This document shows, one piece after another, positions 29,817 to 39,694 of a stretch of DNA of 64,000 nt. Every line of letters starts with the position of its first letter. Within the stretch, counting starts at the first letter, position 1. The notes below the pieces were generated by a model. The model was not told the origin of the DNA, made no database searches, and saw only the letters and a program-made list of their open reading frames with translations. Made by a program: the position numbers and the translations under genes. Source of the DNA: an uncultured Planctomycetia bacterium (GTDB lineage: Bacteria > Omnitrophota > Gorgyraeia > JABMRG01); contig CAZWMG010000006.1 of the NCBI GenBank assembly GCA_964634945.1, forward strand, positions 736 through 64,735. The letters run 5' to 3'.

Positions 29817-30770
29817 TTATTTCTCTTCGTATAGATGCACGTCTCTCTGCGGAAACGGTATTACTATGCCCGCTGTTTTAAATTGCTCGTTTATCTTTTT
29901 ATTGATAGTAAAAAGCAGTGGCCAATAGTCCGCTTGCTTGCAGCGCAACCTGGCATGAATATTAATACTTGAATCAGCAAACTCTGATATACCCACTATG
30001 GGCACAGGCGACTGCGCAACACGGCTATCATTTGTTACTATATCCTGTACGATGCTTACAGCCTTATCTGTATTTGACTCATAACCTACACCTACTGTGA
30101 CATCAAGCTTCTTAAACTCTGAATAATTATGTATTATTTCACCAACTATCTGTTTATTAGGTATGACTATCAGGGTGCCTCCTATTGTCTTTAGCTCTGT
30201 TCTGGCAAGAGTAATATCCTGAACCTCACCTACGGCACCTGAGACCTCAATTATATCTCCAACCTTAAAAGGCTTTGTGAATATTAATGTTATGCCTGAG
30301 GCGTAGTTTGACAAGGGCCCTTGCAAAGCAAAAGTCGCGCCGAAACCAATAACACTTAGACCCGCTATGAATGGGGCTATCGTAATACCGAATTTGCCAA
30401 GGGCGATAAGTCCTGATAGCATTATAATTATGATTTTTACGATACTACACGCGAATTTACTGACCGTAACATCAACATTGTGTTTTTCTAAAAACCTATT
30501 CAGGAACTTGGATACAAACTTAGCGATTACAATACCTAGTATAAAAATTATTAAGCCGCCCAATGCCTGGAAGCTATACTTTACAAAAAACTCTGTAATA
30601 AGGTCCAGGAGCTTTTTCGCGGTGGTGATCTCAGAAGCGAACATCGCCTGTGGCGATAAGATAGCGGGCGCGGGCGCTTGAGATGCTTCCTTCGCAAGGG
30701 TTATGCCCTGAAACATAAAAATAGAAACAAATGAAAGCTTGCATAATAAAAATAACCTTATTCTGTTCAT
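29817..30770 (-). CDS. mscS: Small-conductance mechanosensitive channel
   Basis: FALQG.LSN.ASG, PFKVGD.I, IPN, FADSSIN, IPFPQRDVH. Confidence 0.93.
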   Translation of the reverse strand: MNRIRLFLLCKLSFVSIFMFQGITLAKEASQAPAPAILSPQAMFASEITTAKKLLDLITEFFVKYSFQALGGLIIFILGIVIAKFVSKFLNRFLEKHNVDVTVSKFACSIVKIIIIMLSGLIALGKFGITIAPFIAGLSVIGFGATFALQGPLSNYASGITLIFTKPFKVGDIIEVSGAVGEVQDITLARTELKTIGGTLIVIPNKQIVGEIIHNYSEFKKLDVTVGVGYESNTDKAVSIVQDIVTNDSRVAQSPVPIVGISEFADSSINIHARLRCKQADYWPLLFTINKKINEQFKTAGIVIPFPQRDVHLYEEK

Positions 30771-31369
30771 TCCTGCTTCTCCTTACTTTTACCGGTTAGA
30801 AATTTAAAGGCCTTTTTAACGAACTTAAACATGACCTTTAAGAACCATATTGAAAATATTATAAAGCATATGACGCAAACAGTCGCTATAACAGGGTGCT
30901 TTATTACAAGATATAGCATAGTAAGTACAAGCCCGTCTTCTGTAAGACTGGCAACTGAATTAGTAACAGGCTCAGGAGATGTGTTTATCGCAACACGCGT
31001 TGTGGCTTTTGTAAGATGTGAATCCGCGGCAACGGTGCCGGTGAGCAATGCTACGGGGATCTGTGCTACGGGGCCCATATCCGCCATAGCCATAAAACCA
31101 AGCAAAGCGCCGCCCGCGGGCCTTATGAAGGTATGCACGCTATCCCATGCTGAATCAACAACCGGTATCTTATCAGCGAAAAATTCCACCGCAGCCATAA
31201 GAACAGCCACGGCTATTATCAAAGGGTGTGATACTACATCCATATTTCCGGGCAGGTCCACCATTTTGAGCCTGTCCGCGATCCCTAATCCCGCGACAGT
31301 CAGATAGAGATTAACGCCTGATGCCCATGAGGTCCCAAGTAAGACGCCTATATTGCTTAACGCATCCAC
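30767..31369 (-). CDS. DUF4126 membrane protein
   Basis: WASGVNLY, EFFADKIP.VDS.WD..HTFIRP, SPEP..N..ASL.ED. Confidence 0.9.
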   Translation of the reverse strand: MDALSNIGVLLGTSWASGVNLYLTVAGLGIADRLKMVDLPGNMDVVSHPLIIAVAVLMAAVEFFADKIPVVDSAWDSVHTFIRPAGGALLGFMAMADMGPVAQIPVALLTGTVAADSHLTKATTRVAINTSPEPVTNSVASLTEDGLVLTMLYLVIKHPVIATVCVICFIIFSIWFLKVMFKFVKKAFKFLTGKSKEKQE

Positions 31370-31370
31370 T

Positions 31371-31445
31371 TTATTTGCCTCCGAAGAGAAGTTTTAGCTT
31401 GCCTGTTATACTGCCTGCTATCTCGATTAAGATCTTTCCGGCATT
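31371..31445 (-). repeat. Decayed direct repeat of the 3' end of the AsmA-like gene (copy of 33986-34060)
   Basis: 75-bp ungapped alignment, 10 mismatches. Confidence 0.9.
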
Positions 31446-31480
31446 ATTAACCATCATGTTATCCCTGTTTTTATTTCCAC

Positions 31481-32749
31481 TTATTTTCCGAATTTCCAAT
31501 TAAAGGAAAAACCCAAGACATTAACATGTTGATTATAATCACCTGATAGTATGCGTCCGCCAGAAACTACTTGACTATTAATCGGGGCACTTCCTAAATC
31601 TATAAACTCATAATTAAGGCATATATTGCTGTTTTCATTTAAATTATACTCAAGGCCGGCTCCATAACGCCACTGTCTATCAACCGGCATATCTGGTAAT
31701 CGATCGCTATCAGACGCTACAGGATCGCTATCATAAGAAAAACCAATTTTAAAAAGAAGTGGATCAGCAACTTTAATATGCGCTCCAAGGCCTATTCTCC
31801 ATGTATCCTTCCAGTCACGTTTTATAGTGACAGCGCTGCCTGAAGACGTAGTTATTTCGGTCTTTTCCATCTCTTCCCAATTTGCCCATCCGGTATCAAA
31901 GACTAAAGCAAGATTATCAAAAACCTGCTGATAAAAGCTGACTATAACATTTTGGGGGAGAGTGAGATCTGTTTTTCCATAAGTACTCTCTAATCCCAGT
32001 ATATTCCAAATAGCACCGGCACCTGTGATATCTATATCTCCTTCTAGCGCAAAATCAACTTTAGAACGATATGCGGCGCCTATCCTGGTGCCCTTCTGTG
32101 GTTCAAGCAAAATACCAAAATTATAGCCACCTGCCCAATCATCAAATTCCATCTCTATTTCACCATCTGGGATAACTGGATTATAAAGAGCCATATCCTG
32201 CTTCATATAAGCATAATAAAGCGAGCATCCACCTCCTAATGATAGCCAATCCGTAACCTTATACGCTAAGACAGGATTAATATTAATTACTGCTAATAAG
32301 TTCTCCTCTACAAGGTACCTGCCTTTCCAACCATCATCATAGTCAAGGCCAAGGCCAACCGGTGTATTTAGAACAAGCCCTACACGTGCTTTAGGGGAAA
32401 GCTTTTGCGCATAATATAATCCTCCGCTTGGAAAGACACTACCGGCATCTCCACCATCATTTCCTCGCCTTGTATTTTTTGCGTCAGAGCTAAACTCCAT
32501 AGATGTAATAGATGCGCCGCCTCCAAGGAGTACTTCAGATCTTTTGAGCCGTGTTAAACCAGCGGGATTAAAATATGCAGTGGACGCATCATCCGCTAAT
32601 GCTGCTTGTCCAGCACCTGCAGTACCTATGCTCGGTTGCCCTAATTCATAAGATTGTATGCCCGCGGCATAAACATTTATTGTAAAAAGTGAAATAAAAA
32701 AAATTACTACCGCAGATGCAGTCAATAGCTTCGGCTTTTTACTAATCAT
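31481..32749 (-). CDS. FadL/TodX/OmpP1 outer-membrane transporter
   Basis: GTAGAG.AA.ADDASTAYFNPAGL, ININP..AYK, RLPDMP. Confidence 0.9.
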   Translation of the reverse strand: MISKKPKLLTASAVVIFFISLFTINVYAAGIQSYELGQPSIGTAGAGQAALADDASTAYFNPAGLTRLKRSEVLLGGGASITSMEFSSDAKNTRRGNDGGDAGSVFPSGGLYYAQKLSPKARVGLVLNTPVGLGLDYDDGWKGRYLVEENLLAVININPVLAYKVTDWLSLGGGCSLYYAYMKQDMALYNPVIPDGEIEMEFDDWAGGYNFGILLEPQKGTRIGAAYRSKVDFALEGDIDITGAGAIWNILGLESTYGKTDLTLPQNVIVSFYQQVFDNLALVFDTGWANWEEMEKTEITTSSGSAVTIKRDWKDTWRIGLGAHIKVADPLLFKIGFSYDSDPVASDSDRLPDMPVDRQWRYGAGLEYNLNENSNICLNYEFIDLGSAPINSQVVSGGRILSGDYNQHVNVLGFSFNWKFGK

Positions 32750-32798
32750 AATATATTGTCCTCCTTTTCTAACCGCTTGCCTACATTGCTTTTTTTAA

Positions 32799-33620
32799 CT
32801 ATTTTCTTTTTGCGGGGAAAAGCAGCTGTATTTGAAAACGAACAGACCAGTCCGGTCCTATCTCTGGTTTTACTACATTATAATAACTCTGCAGAGACGC
32901 ATTAATCGGCTGCTTGCCAAAACTAAACACTTTTCCAAGGCCGCCGCCCAAAGGCACAGTCCATTGATCATCATTATCATCCGCTTCCCAGTTAGCGGTA
33001 ATAATTGGAGATGTTGATACGTACCAGCCATCAGCCATATTATAATTAATAAATGGCTGCATAAGCATGGCATTAACATCTTTACGGTCATCGTCACCCG
33101 CATATGACCACTGGTTACTAACTAGAGCGCCATATACCCAGGGGCCATTAATAGAAAGCAGGACACCTGACGGCCCAGCACTCCACTTTTTTGAACCAAG
33201 CTTCTTATCCGTAGCTGATGGAAATGTAAACGTAGGGCCAAGGCCCCACAACCACTTAGAAGGTTTAGATGGGGACAGGAATATTGTTGGATTTATGTCT
33301 CCTAACCCAAACTTAGTGCCTGAACCCTCTGTTAATTCCGGAAGATAAATTATTGGGACTATTGTTCGCGTTATTACATTCCAATCTTCGTTCAATTTAA
33401 AAGGGATTACGGGCTGGACATTGAGTATATACCTCATCTCATCTTCCGCTCCATAATCAAAATCAAAATTATTTTGAAACGGTACGCTTATCATATCAGA
33501 TATTGGATTCTGAGCTGCTTCGGCTAGCTGCATAGTATCTTCTTCCTGAGCCAAAGCTATCTGCGCAGACAGCGCCAATACGCTAATAATTACTAATAAG
33601 AAACGTGTCAATCGCATCAT
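32799..33620 (-). CDS. Conserved outer-membrane protein (family often mislabelled 'neuromedin U')
   Basis: AQNPI..MISVPFQNN, LNVQPVIP, FGLGDI, WTVPLGGG.GK. Confidence 0.8.
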   Translation of the reverse strand: MMRLTRFLLVIISVLALSAQIALAQEEDTMQLAEAAQNPISDMISVPFQNNFDFDYGAEDEMRYILNVQPVIPFKLNEDWNVITRTIVPIIYLPELTEGSGTKFGLGDINPTIFLSPSKPSKWLWGLGPTFTFPSATDKKLGSKKWSAGPSGVLLSINGPWVYGALVSNQWSYAGDDDRKDVNAMLMQPFINYNMADGWYVSTSPIITANWEADDNDDQWTVPLGGGLGKVFSFGKQPINASLQSYYNVVKPEIGPDWSVRFQIQLLFPAKRK

Positions 33621-33768
33621 AGCTCCTCCTTAAGTAATTTGTTTATTACTCTGCCTGAAAACGTAAAGACCTGTAATAACTGCCGTATATCATATAAGAA
33701 TGCATGCCTTACATGACAGACAGTTATTACCGCATAAAACCTCTTCTTCTTTAACCGATTTTATTCTT

Positions 33769-33969
33769 TTACTTCGTAGGATTGTACTTAGAAATCTTGG
33801 TTCCCTGAAGTCCCAGCCCTGCCATCAACCCTTTTGTATTGAAAAAGAAAGTATAAATGCCTTCCTTAATTGATGTAGTACTAAGTGTTCCGGCAACCTC
33901 GGAATCAACAATAACAAGGTGTGGCGCGCTGCCTATTTCCCAGCCGCCTGAACGGTCAAGATAAGCCAA
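33769..33969 (-). pseudogene. C-terminal fragment of a Ysc84/SYLF-like protein
   Basis: GWEIGS.P.LVIVD ... KGLMAGLGLQGTKI; 5' part missing, no good start. Confidence 0.7.
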
Positions 33970-33985
33970 ATCATCCGGCTACCAG

Positions 33986-34774
33986 CTATTTGCCTCCAAA
34001 GGGGAGTTTTAGCTTGTCTGTTATGCTGCCTGCTGTCTCGGTCAAGGTCTTTCCGGCATTGCCTACTACCTTATCAGCTGTCTGAGTGGCAATATGCTGT
34101 GCTGATGCCAAGGTGTTACCTACGGTATCCTGCAGCCCTGTGATATCAAGCTTGATAAGTTTTCCAATAGTGGTATTCATAACTACCTTCATAACAATAA
34201 GACTTACCAGGGCGTTAGGGTTTGTTATATTCTCATAGCTCTCATCAATATCCACGTTAAATTGCAAGACATATGGCTTGCCACCTTTTGAATAATCCTT
34301 ATAAACAACCCTGCCTATCTTAAGTTCCAGCCGGTCTATCTTAAAATCCCCTTTGGCAGATTTTTCTTTTTTAGCACTCGGCTTCTTCCCTGCTAAATCT
34401 TGGATAGTCTTTAATGAATCCAGGTTAAGCAGGCCATCCTTATTCTTTACTATAAAACACTCTTTCAGATGCAGCTTCACATCATATAAATGTATGTCAC
34501 CTTTAACTATGGCGGGAAGATCATAATCTACATACACCTCAGGCAGATCAACCATAACCTTGTCCTCAAAACCCTTGGGGTTATAAAGGCGAATATCTTT
34601 AATGCCTACGAGAGTCTTAATAAGGCCTATATTGAGGCTGCCTATTTTCAACTTAAGCCCTGTGACTACCTTAGCGCCCTTTTCAACACTGACCTTAACT
34701 ATCATGTTCTTCATGCCTGATAGTAATACAAATACAATAACAACTACAGCGATTACAATGCCTATTTTCTTCAT
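33986..34774 (-). CDS. AsmA-like protein
   Basis: N-terminal anchor, LYNPKGF, repeated beta motifs. Confidence 0.7.
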   Translation of the reverse strand: MKKIGIVIAVVVIVFVLLSGMKNMIVKVSVEKGAKVVTGLKLKIGSLNIGLIKTLVGIKDIRLYNPKGFEDKVMVDLPEVYVDYDLPAIVKGDIHLYDVKLHLKECFIVKNKDGLLNLDSLKTIQDLAGKKPSAKKEKSAKGDFKIDRLELKIGRVVYKDYSKGGKPYVLQFNVDIDESYENITNPNALVSLIVMKVVMNTTIGKLIKLDITGLQDTVGNTLASAQHIATQTADKVVGNAGKTLTETAGSITDKLKLPFGGK

Positions 34775-34904
34775 ATCGCCTCCTTGTTTAACTCCATGTG
34801 ATTATGCGGATATATACATATATTAATATATTACAAATATAGAGAATTTTTGTCAAGAGAAATTAGGGCAAAATATGGCCCCTCAAATAGGTCGGGATGG
34901 GAAC

Positions 34905-35591
34905 TTAAAAACGAGCATTCAAGCTAATCGCTACAGCCTCTGAATCAAAAAAACTTGCTTCTACATTAAGCCACATCTTTTCCGTAACAGGTATATCAGC
35001 GCCTGCGATAAGGCCGATACATTTTCCTGTATCAGACATGTGACGTTTTCTGGTATTATCTATCCAGTTGATATAATCTGTACGAGATAAACGCGTACCT
35101 GCATAAGGCGTGATAAATGAGAAATCATATGAACCTAAAAGAGATAACTGCCAATCATCAAGAACTGATTTATACTTTTTATTATTCTGGCGTACTGTAA
35201 AAGGATGCACGCTAATGTGCTGGAAACCTCCAACAAATTTTACCTTATCCTTTTCAAATAATTTAACGCGAAAACCATACCCTCCATCAAATTTAGCGCT
35301 ATAATAGACATTATCTTTTGGGGCGTCGTAACGCTTGATATCACCCGCGCCTACCTTGAGGTCAAGGCTTAACCAATCGAATATACCATAAGATATAAGT
35401 AAAAAACTCTGATTACTACGTATTTTACCCTGATCTGGCTCAAGCTCCCTCTCTAAGATTCCGTAGTACTCAAGTCCTGAAAAAAATTCACCCTTAACAG
35501 GCATCTTTGTGCCGTAACACGGCGCTGCGTATGATGCTATTGGCGCAAGAAGCACTACTAATAATAAGATAGAGACAAATAGTCTATTCAT
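34905..35591 (-). CDS. Hypothetical outer-membrane beta-barrel protein
   Basis: Signal peptide, alternating strands, C-terminal Phe. Confidence 0.7.
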   Translation of the reverse strand: MNRLFVSILLLVVLLAPIASYAAPCYGTKMPVKGEFFSGLEYYGILERELEPDQGKIRSNQSFLLISYGIFDWLSLDLKVGAGDIKRYDAPKDNVYYSAKFDGGYGFRVKLFEKDKVKFVGGFQHISVHPFTVRQNNKKYKSVLDDWQLSLLGSYDFSFITPYAGTRLSRTDYINWIDNTRKRHMSDTGKCIGLIAGADIPVTEKMWLNVEASFFDSEAVAISLNARF

Positions 35592-35679
35592 TGTTACCTA
35601 TTTTATCACTTTTTTTAATAGCCGCAAGCAAAATCCGCAATAACAACTATACACCAGTGCAAAACTAGTCACTGCCGCC

Positions 35680-35840
35680 AACTTTAAACTTGGGGGTAGT
35701 TTTCACAGAAACGCTCGCAAACCCCTGCGAGGTTTGCTCACTCCGTTTTGTTGCTCATTCATACAATTAAAACAACGTGGAAAAACCATGCCATTCGTAA
35801 CAAAAAGGTTCTGTTCCAAACCACCCCCAAGCCTAAAGTT
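35680..35840. mobile_element. MITE-like element with terminal inverted repeats, copy 1
   Basis: AACTTTAAACTTGGGGGTAGTTT ... AAACCACCCCCAAGCCTAAAGTT; interior homologous (inverted) to 39483-39613. Confidence 0.6.
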
Positions 35841-36092
35841 TACGCAAGGTGTTTACTGCATGCTATTCTCATCATATATATCCGAAAGGTTTCGTTGCAA
35901 TCAGAGCAGGACCTTGTTGATGCGAGCGGGCAAGGTTTCCGCCGAAGGCGGAAGAGCGAACATCAACGCGGAGTACAATTTTACACGCCGGGGAAAATTG
36001 TACGCTCCTGCGGAGATTGGCTACGAAACCTTTTGGCTATCATAAACGAGTTTTTGTTGTGAGATCAAATGCCTAATGTTATACTATAAAAC

Positions 36093-36953
36093 ATGAAAAG
36101 CTCACTCCATAACCAATACAAGAAATGCACACTATGCGCCAGGAAGTGCAATGTTGACAGAACTAAGGGCGAACTTGGTTTCTGCGAAGCTAGCGCTGAG
36201 GTTGTTGTAGCATCATATATGGTGCATCGTTTTGAAGAACCGCCTATAAGCGGAAAAAATGGTTCAGGCACTATATTCTTTAGTTATTGCACTGCTCGTT
36301 GCTCTTATTGCCAAAACTACAATTACAGCCGAGGCAAGCATGGCAGGGCAACAACAATACAAAGACTCGCTGAAATAATGCTTGAGCTTGTGAAAAAAGG
36401 CTCCCATAATATAAATCTAGTCACCCCTACCCATTACATACCCACTATCCTATCGGCACTTGATATAGCTAAATCAGAAGGCTTGAGCGTGCCTATCGTA
36501 TATAATACAAATGGCTATGAATCTGATGGGGCCTTGGAGATGCTAAATGGATATGTCGATATATATATGCCTGACGCGAAATACTCTGATAATAAACTAG
36601 CGGAAGAACAATGTGGCTTCATTGATTACAGCAAATATAATATGAGTGCTCTTAAAAGAATGCGTCAACAGGTGGGAGATCTTGAGACAGACAAAGGCGG
36701 CATAGCTAAAAAAGGCTTACTTATAAGGCATCTGGTCATTCCAGGCTATATTGAGAATACAAAGAGCCTACTTGAGAAAATATCTGAGGAGATATCCAAC
36801 AAAGTCCATATAAGCCTTATGAACCAGTATTCGCCAATAGCACAGGTAAGAGAGCATCCGAATCTTAAAAGACGGCTTGATGTTGAGGAATATGAAGAAT
36901 CCAAAGCATATTTAGAGCGCCTTGGCTTTTTAAATGGCTGGATACAGAACTAG
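36093..36953 (+). CDS. Radical SAM protein, PflX-like
   Basis: C.LC.R.C.V.R, EEPPISG..GSGTIFF, CTARCSYCQN, NINLVTPTH, RHLVIPG. Confidence 0.9.
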   Translation: MKSSLHNQYKKCTLCARKCNVDRTKGELGFCEASAEVVVASYMVHRFEEPPISGKNGSGTIFFSYCTARCSYCQNYNYSRGKHGRATTIQRLAEIMLELVKKGSHNINLVTPTHYIPTILSALDIAKSEGLSVPIVYNTNGYESDGALEMLNGYVDIYMPDAKYSDNKLAEEQCGFIDYSKYNMSALKRMRQQVGDLETDKGGIAKKGLLIRHLVIPGYIENTKSLLEKISEEISNKVHISLMNQYSPIAQVREHPNLKRRLDVEEYEESKAYLERLGFLNGWIQN

Positions 36954-36978
36954 CTTTCACAGCTTTACCGCACAAGGA

Positions 36979-37524
36979 TCATTGCTCAATCATTGTCATG
37001 ATCTTTCGCTTTGCCCTCATAAGATTATGCGCCACGGCATTAGGGCTCATATTAAGCTCTACAGCAGCAACATTATAGGAGAGCCCCTTAATACTGCACA
37101 ACTCTAAAACGGCCCTGTAATTGTAGGCTAACCTATCCATAGCGCTTAAGAGCATATCCATGTGCTCTTTCTGCTGGGTCACGACATCCGGAGCCTCAAA
37201 CTTTGTATCAACTATTATATCAGAGAGTTCTCTGCATCCCTGATCAGATCCTATTCTCCTATTCAAGGACTCCTTGCATGAATATTGCTTACTTCTCGTA
37301 TAATTATAGGAGAGATTACGCGAAACCGTATACGTCCATTTCAGAAAGTCTGTTCGATTGACTATCTTTTCAAGATTCGTATAAGCGCGCATAAATGTTT
37401 CTTGCGCTATATCTTCAGCGGCGTATCTCTCATTATTCAGTAGGCGCGTGACTCGCGAATGTATCTTTTTAAAATACCTCTTGTAGAAAACCTTAAAAAT
37501 TCTTTCTCTCTGATCATAGGACAT
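36979..37524 (-). CDS. ECF sigma factor
   Basis: AEDIAQETF.RAY, F.KW.Y.V.RN, GLSY...A..L region 4. Confidence 0.9.
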   Translation of the reverse strand: MSYDQRERIFKVFYKRYFKKIHSRVTRLLNNERYAAEDIAQETFMRAYTNLEKIVNRTDFLKWTYTVSRNLSYNYTRSKQYSCKESLNRRIGSDQGCRELSDIIVDTKFEAPDVVTQQKEHMDMLLSAMDRLAYNYRAVLELCSIKGLSYNVAAVELNMSPNAVAHNLMRAKRKIMTMIEQ

Positions 37525-37580
37525 TTTATTCCTCCTTTTCGGGGAGCATAAATGCTCCCCGAATAAGAAAATTGTTGTTT

Positions 37581-38027
37581 TTAATATTCTGTCGCGTTTA
37601 TTTTATCTAGCTCTATCATCTCTTCATCTACATCCTTGTTCAGGCTTCCATCTATATGTTCATCCATATATTCATTCTTCTCTTCTACCTTATCATCATC
37701 AGGCAGATAAAAAGTCGCGGCATCTACCGCACCCTTTGTAGTATTTACCACGGCCTTACCCGCGCCTTTTATGGTACCTACGGTAACGCCTTCTACCACA
37801 TTCTTCTCTTGGGTAGTATCAGCCATCTCCTTAGGTACCTCTGCCCATCCGGTCGCGGTCTCCTTAACACCTTCTGAGAGTTTCTCAACAGGTTCTTCCG
37901 CTGCTAAGGCCGGCAGAACAAGGGCCAGTAAAAGAATATACGGTGGAAAGAACTTTATAAGTCTTCTCATGCTTACCTTTCTTGATTTTACCTCATTATG
38001 TTTCTTCCCCATCTTGCGTTTCTTCAT
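37581..38027 (-). CDS. Exported protein, TIGR04073-like paralog (start may be 37970)
   Basis: EKLSEGVKE.ATGW.EVP ... GTIKG.GKAV ... DAATF. Confidence 0.65.
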   Translation of the reverse strand: MKKRKMGKKHNEVKSRKVSMRRLIKFFPPYILLLALVLPALAAEEPVEKLSEGVKETATGWAEVPKEMADTTQEKNVVEGVTVGTIKGAGKAVVNTTKGAVDAATFYLPDDDKVEEKNEYMDEHIDGSLNKDVDEEMIELDKINATEY

Positions 38028-38039
38028 GGTTCTTACCTC

Positions 38040-38183
38040 CTATTTGTTTTTTACCTTATCGATTCTTATCCTGAGCATATGCGAAGGCGAAACCTCTATC
38101 TGAATAAATTCAGCTGCCTTTGTCTCCCACCTAACCATCACAGGATCACTGCCTCCTTTCTTACCTGTCCAACGAATGTTCAT
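38040..38183 (-). CDS. Small hypothetical protein (47 aa)
   Basis: AAAGGAG RBS, MNIRWTGKKGG...KVKNK; fills the operon gap. Confidence 0.55.
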   Translation of the reverse strand: MNIRWTGKKGGSDPVMVRWETKAAEFIQIEVSPSHMLRIRIDKVKNK

Positions 38184-38205
38184 GCTCTTCTCCTTTTTAA
38201 GTGTC

Positions 38206-38490
38206 TCATTTACTAACCAGCTTAGCGCTGTTAAAGCTGCTGGAGTTTTTGATATACCAGCTCTTGTAGAGTGCGGTAACTACCTTTTGCATTATATCTA
38301 CTTCCATAAAAACCATGTTCTCGCTTACTTCCTCCAACCTTCTTCCGCAGGCAGATACCCTGCGCATCCAAATGTAGCTGTTCCCGCTTGTTGGCGGCAT
38401 CATCTCTTCAAGCGAAGAGGCTATTATCCCGGTAACAAATAAAAAAGGTATTATAAATAAAATCATAAGTATAATCTTATTTATGCTCAT
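38206..38490 (-). CDS. Small exported or membrane hypothetical protein
   Basis: Hydrophobic N-terminus; coupled to the upstream gene. Confidence 0.6.
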   Translation of the reverse strand: MSINKIILMILFIIPFLFVTGIIASSLEEMMPPTSGNSYIWMRRVSACGRRLEEVSENMVFMEVDIMQKVVTALYKSWYIKNSSSFNSAKLVSK

Positions 38491-38492
38491 CT

Positions 38493-38777
38493 TTAGCGTC
38501 TCTTCCTTTTTATTTTGTGCATAGGCTCCGGCAATGGTAGCCTCATAACAGATAGAAGCTTCTTTTCAAGTTCTAATTTGGAATGCACGCCATTGCCATT
38601 AAAATCGTTTACCTTTATAACATCTATAAGCGCTCTTATCACATCTGTTCTTGAGAGCTTGTGCCCAGTTGAAAATAAAGCGTCCTTTGAGAGCCTATCT
38701 ATAAAATCAATCTCATCTCTGGTTAAGAGCGCGACTACCCTGCCGGTATTACCCTGACTTGATAAGTTATTCTTCAT
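38493..38777 (-). CDS. Hypothetical protein, ribbon-helix-helix-like
   Basis: RVVALLTRDEIDFIDRL ... LSRTDVIRALID; AAGGAGG RBS. Confidence 0.65.
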   Translation of the reverse strand: MKNNLSSQGNTGRVVALLTRDEIDFIDRLSKDALFSTGHKLSRTDVIRALIDVIKVNDFNGNGVHSKLELEKKLLSVMRLPLPEPMHKIKRKRR

Positions 38778-38821
38778 ATTTATCTATCCTCCTTAGTTAG
38801 CAGCCTAAGATCTATAAGGCA

Positions 38822-38877
38822 TAAAAAAAGCCCTAAAACATTTAAAAGGTATCTACCTCTTGAAAGTTTTAGGGCTT
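38822..38877 (-). terminator. Intrinsic terminator (riboswitch expression platform)
   Basis: Minus strand AAGCCCTAAAAC...GTTTTAGGGCTT followed by a U-run. Confidence 0.8.
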
Positions 38878-38896
38878 GAAAAATCAATATCTGATA

Positions 38897-38991
38897 TTTC
38901 GGCAACCCGACTACCGTACCCTTTGACAATTCTGGGTTTAGGCTCGCGGCTTTGCGCCCCGCTCTTTCAAGCGGTTTGCCTTTATCGTTAC
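38897..38991 (-). ncRNA. c-di-GMP-I (GEMM) riboswitch
   Basis: Minus strand AAAGGCAAACCGCTTGAAAGAGCGGGGCGCAAAGCCGCGAGCCTAA...GGTAGTCGGGTTGCCGAA matches the class I consensus. Confidence 0.92.
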
Positions 38992-39183
38992 TTTTTTAAA
39001 AGAACCTTTGTTTCTTCTCATAACAAATATGCCCTACCCTTTACCAAAAGTCAAGGGGTTAGAAGTATATTTTTACATTTCTACACTTTTACACTTTGTC
39101 CATCTCATTAAAATGATCCGTAGCAATCTTCACAGGAACGTACAATTTTACCCAACGTATAAAATTGTACTACACCTGTTCTC

Positions 39184-39293
39184 AATATTGTTCACACCTT
39201 CTGCCTTCACTGCGCAGGTATTTTTGCCATCCACTTATAACAGTAGGCAAAAAAATCCAATGCGCCGCTACAGGCAAAGGTGCCGACAATATT
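39184..39293. repeat. Long hairpin element (TTTTTGCC/GGCAAAAA family), copy 1
   Basis: Shares core GGTATTTTTGCC...GGCAAAAAAATCCAATGCGC with 61834-61939 and, inverted, 61978-62081. Confidence 0.8.
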
Positions 39294-39382
39294 CTTATTT
39301 AGACATGCATATGATCCTAAAAACCATAAAAAGCAAGGAAATAACGTGCTTAGGGGGTACTGTTCTCACGATTTCACTATTA

Positions 39383-39614
39383 GCTTGTGTAGTGGTCTTG
39401 AGCAAAACCTTTTTTCTTAAATGTTGCAGTGTATGCTAGCAACATTTAAGGAACCTTCTGGTACAAAGCGACTACTAGCGGTTTGTTACGAATAGCATGC
39501 CTGCCGGCCGGCAGGGTTTTTCCGTATTGTTTAACTATATGGATGAGCAACAAAGCGGAATAAGCAAACATCGCTGGAGTTTGCGAACGTTTTTGTGAAG
39601 ACCACTACGCAAGC
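39383..39614. mobile_element. MITE-like element with 17-bp terminal inverted repeats, copy 2
   Basis: GCTTGTGTAGTGGTCTT ... AAGACCACTACGCAAGC; interior homologous to 35689-35805. Confidence 0.6.
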
Positions 39615-39694
39615 ATGGGGGGCACGGATTACAACAAAATTTTCTTTGGTTATATATGATTATAAATCAGGTAAGAGGTGAAAAGATGTTGGGA

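Noticed and set aside
35734-36062. ORFs 35734-36045 and 35748-36062 (also 39008-39439)
   Set aside because: They run through palindromic repeat elements and lack an RBS or recognisable motifs.
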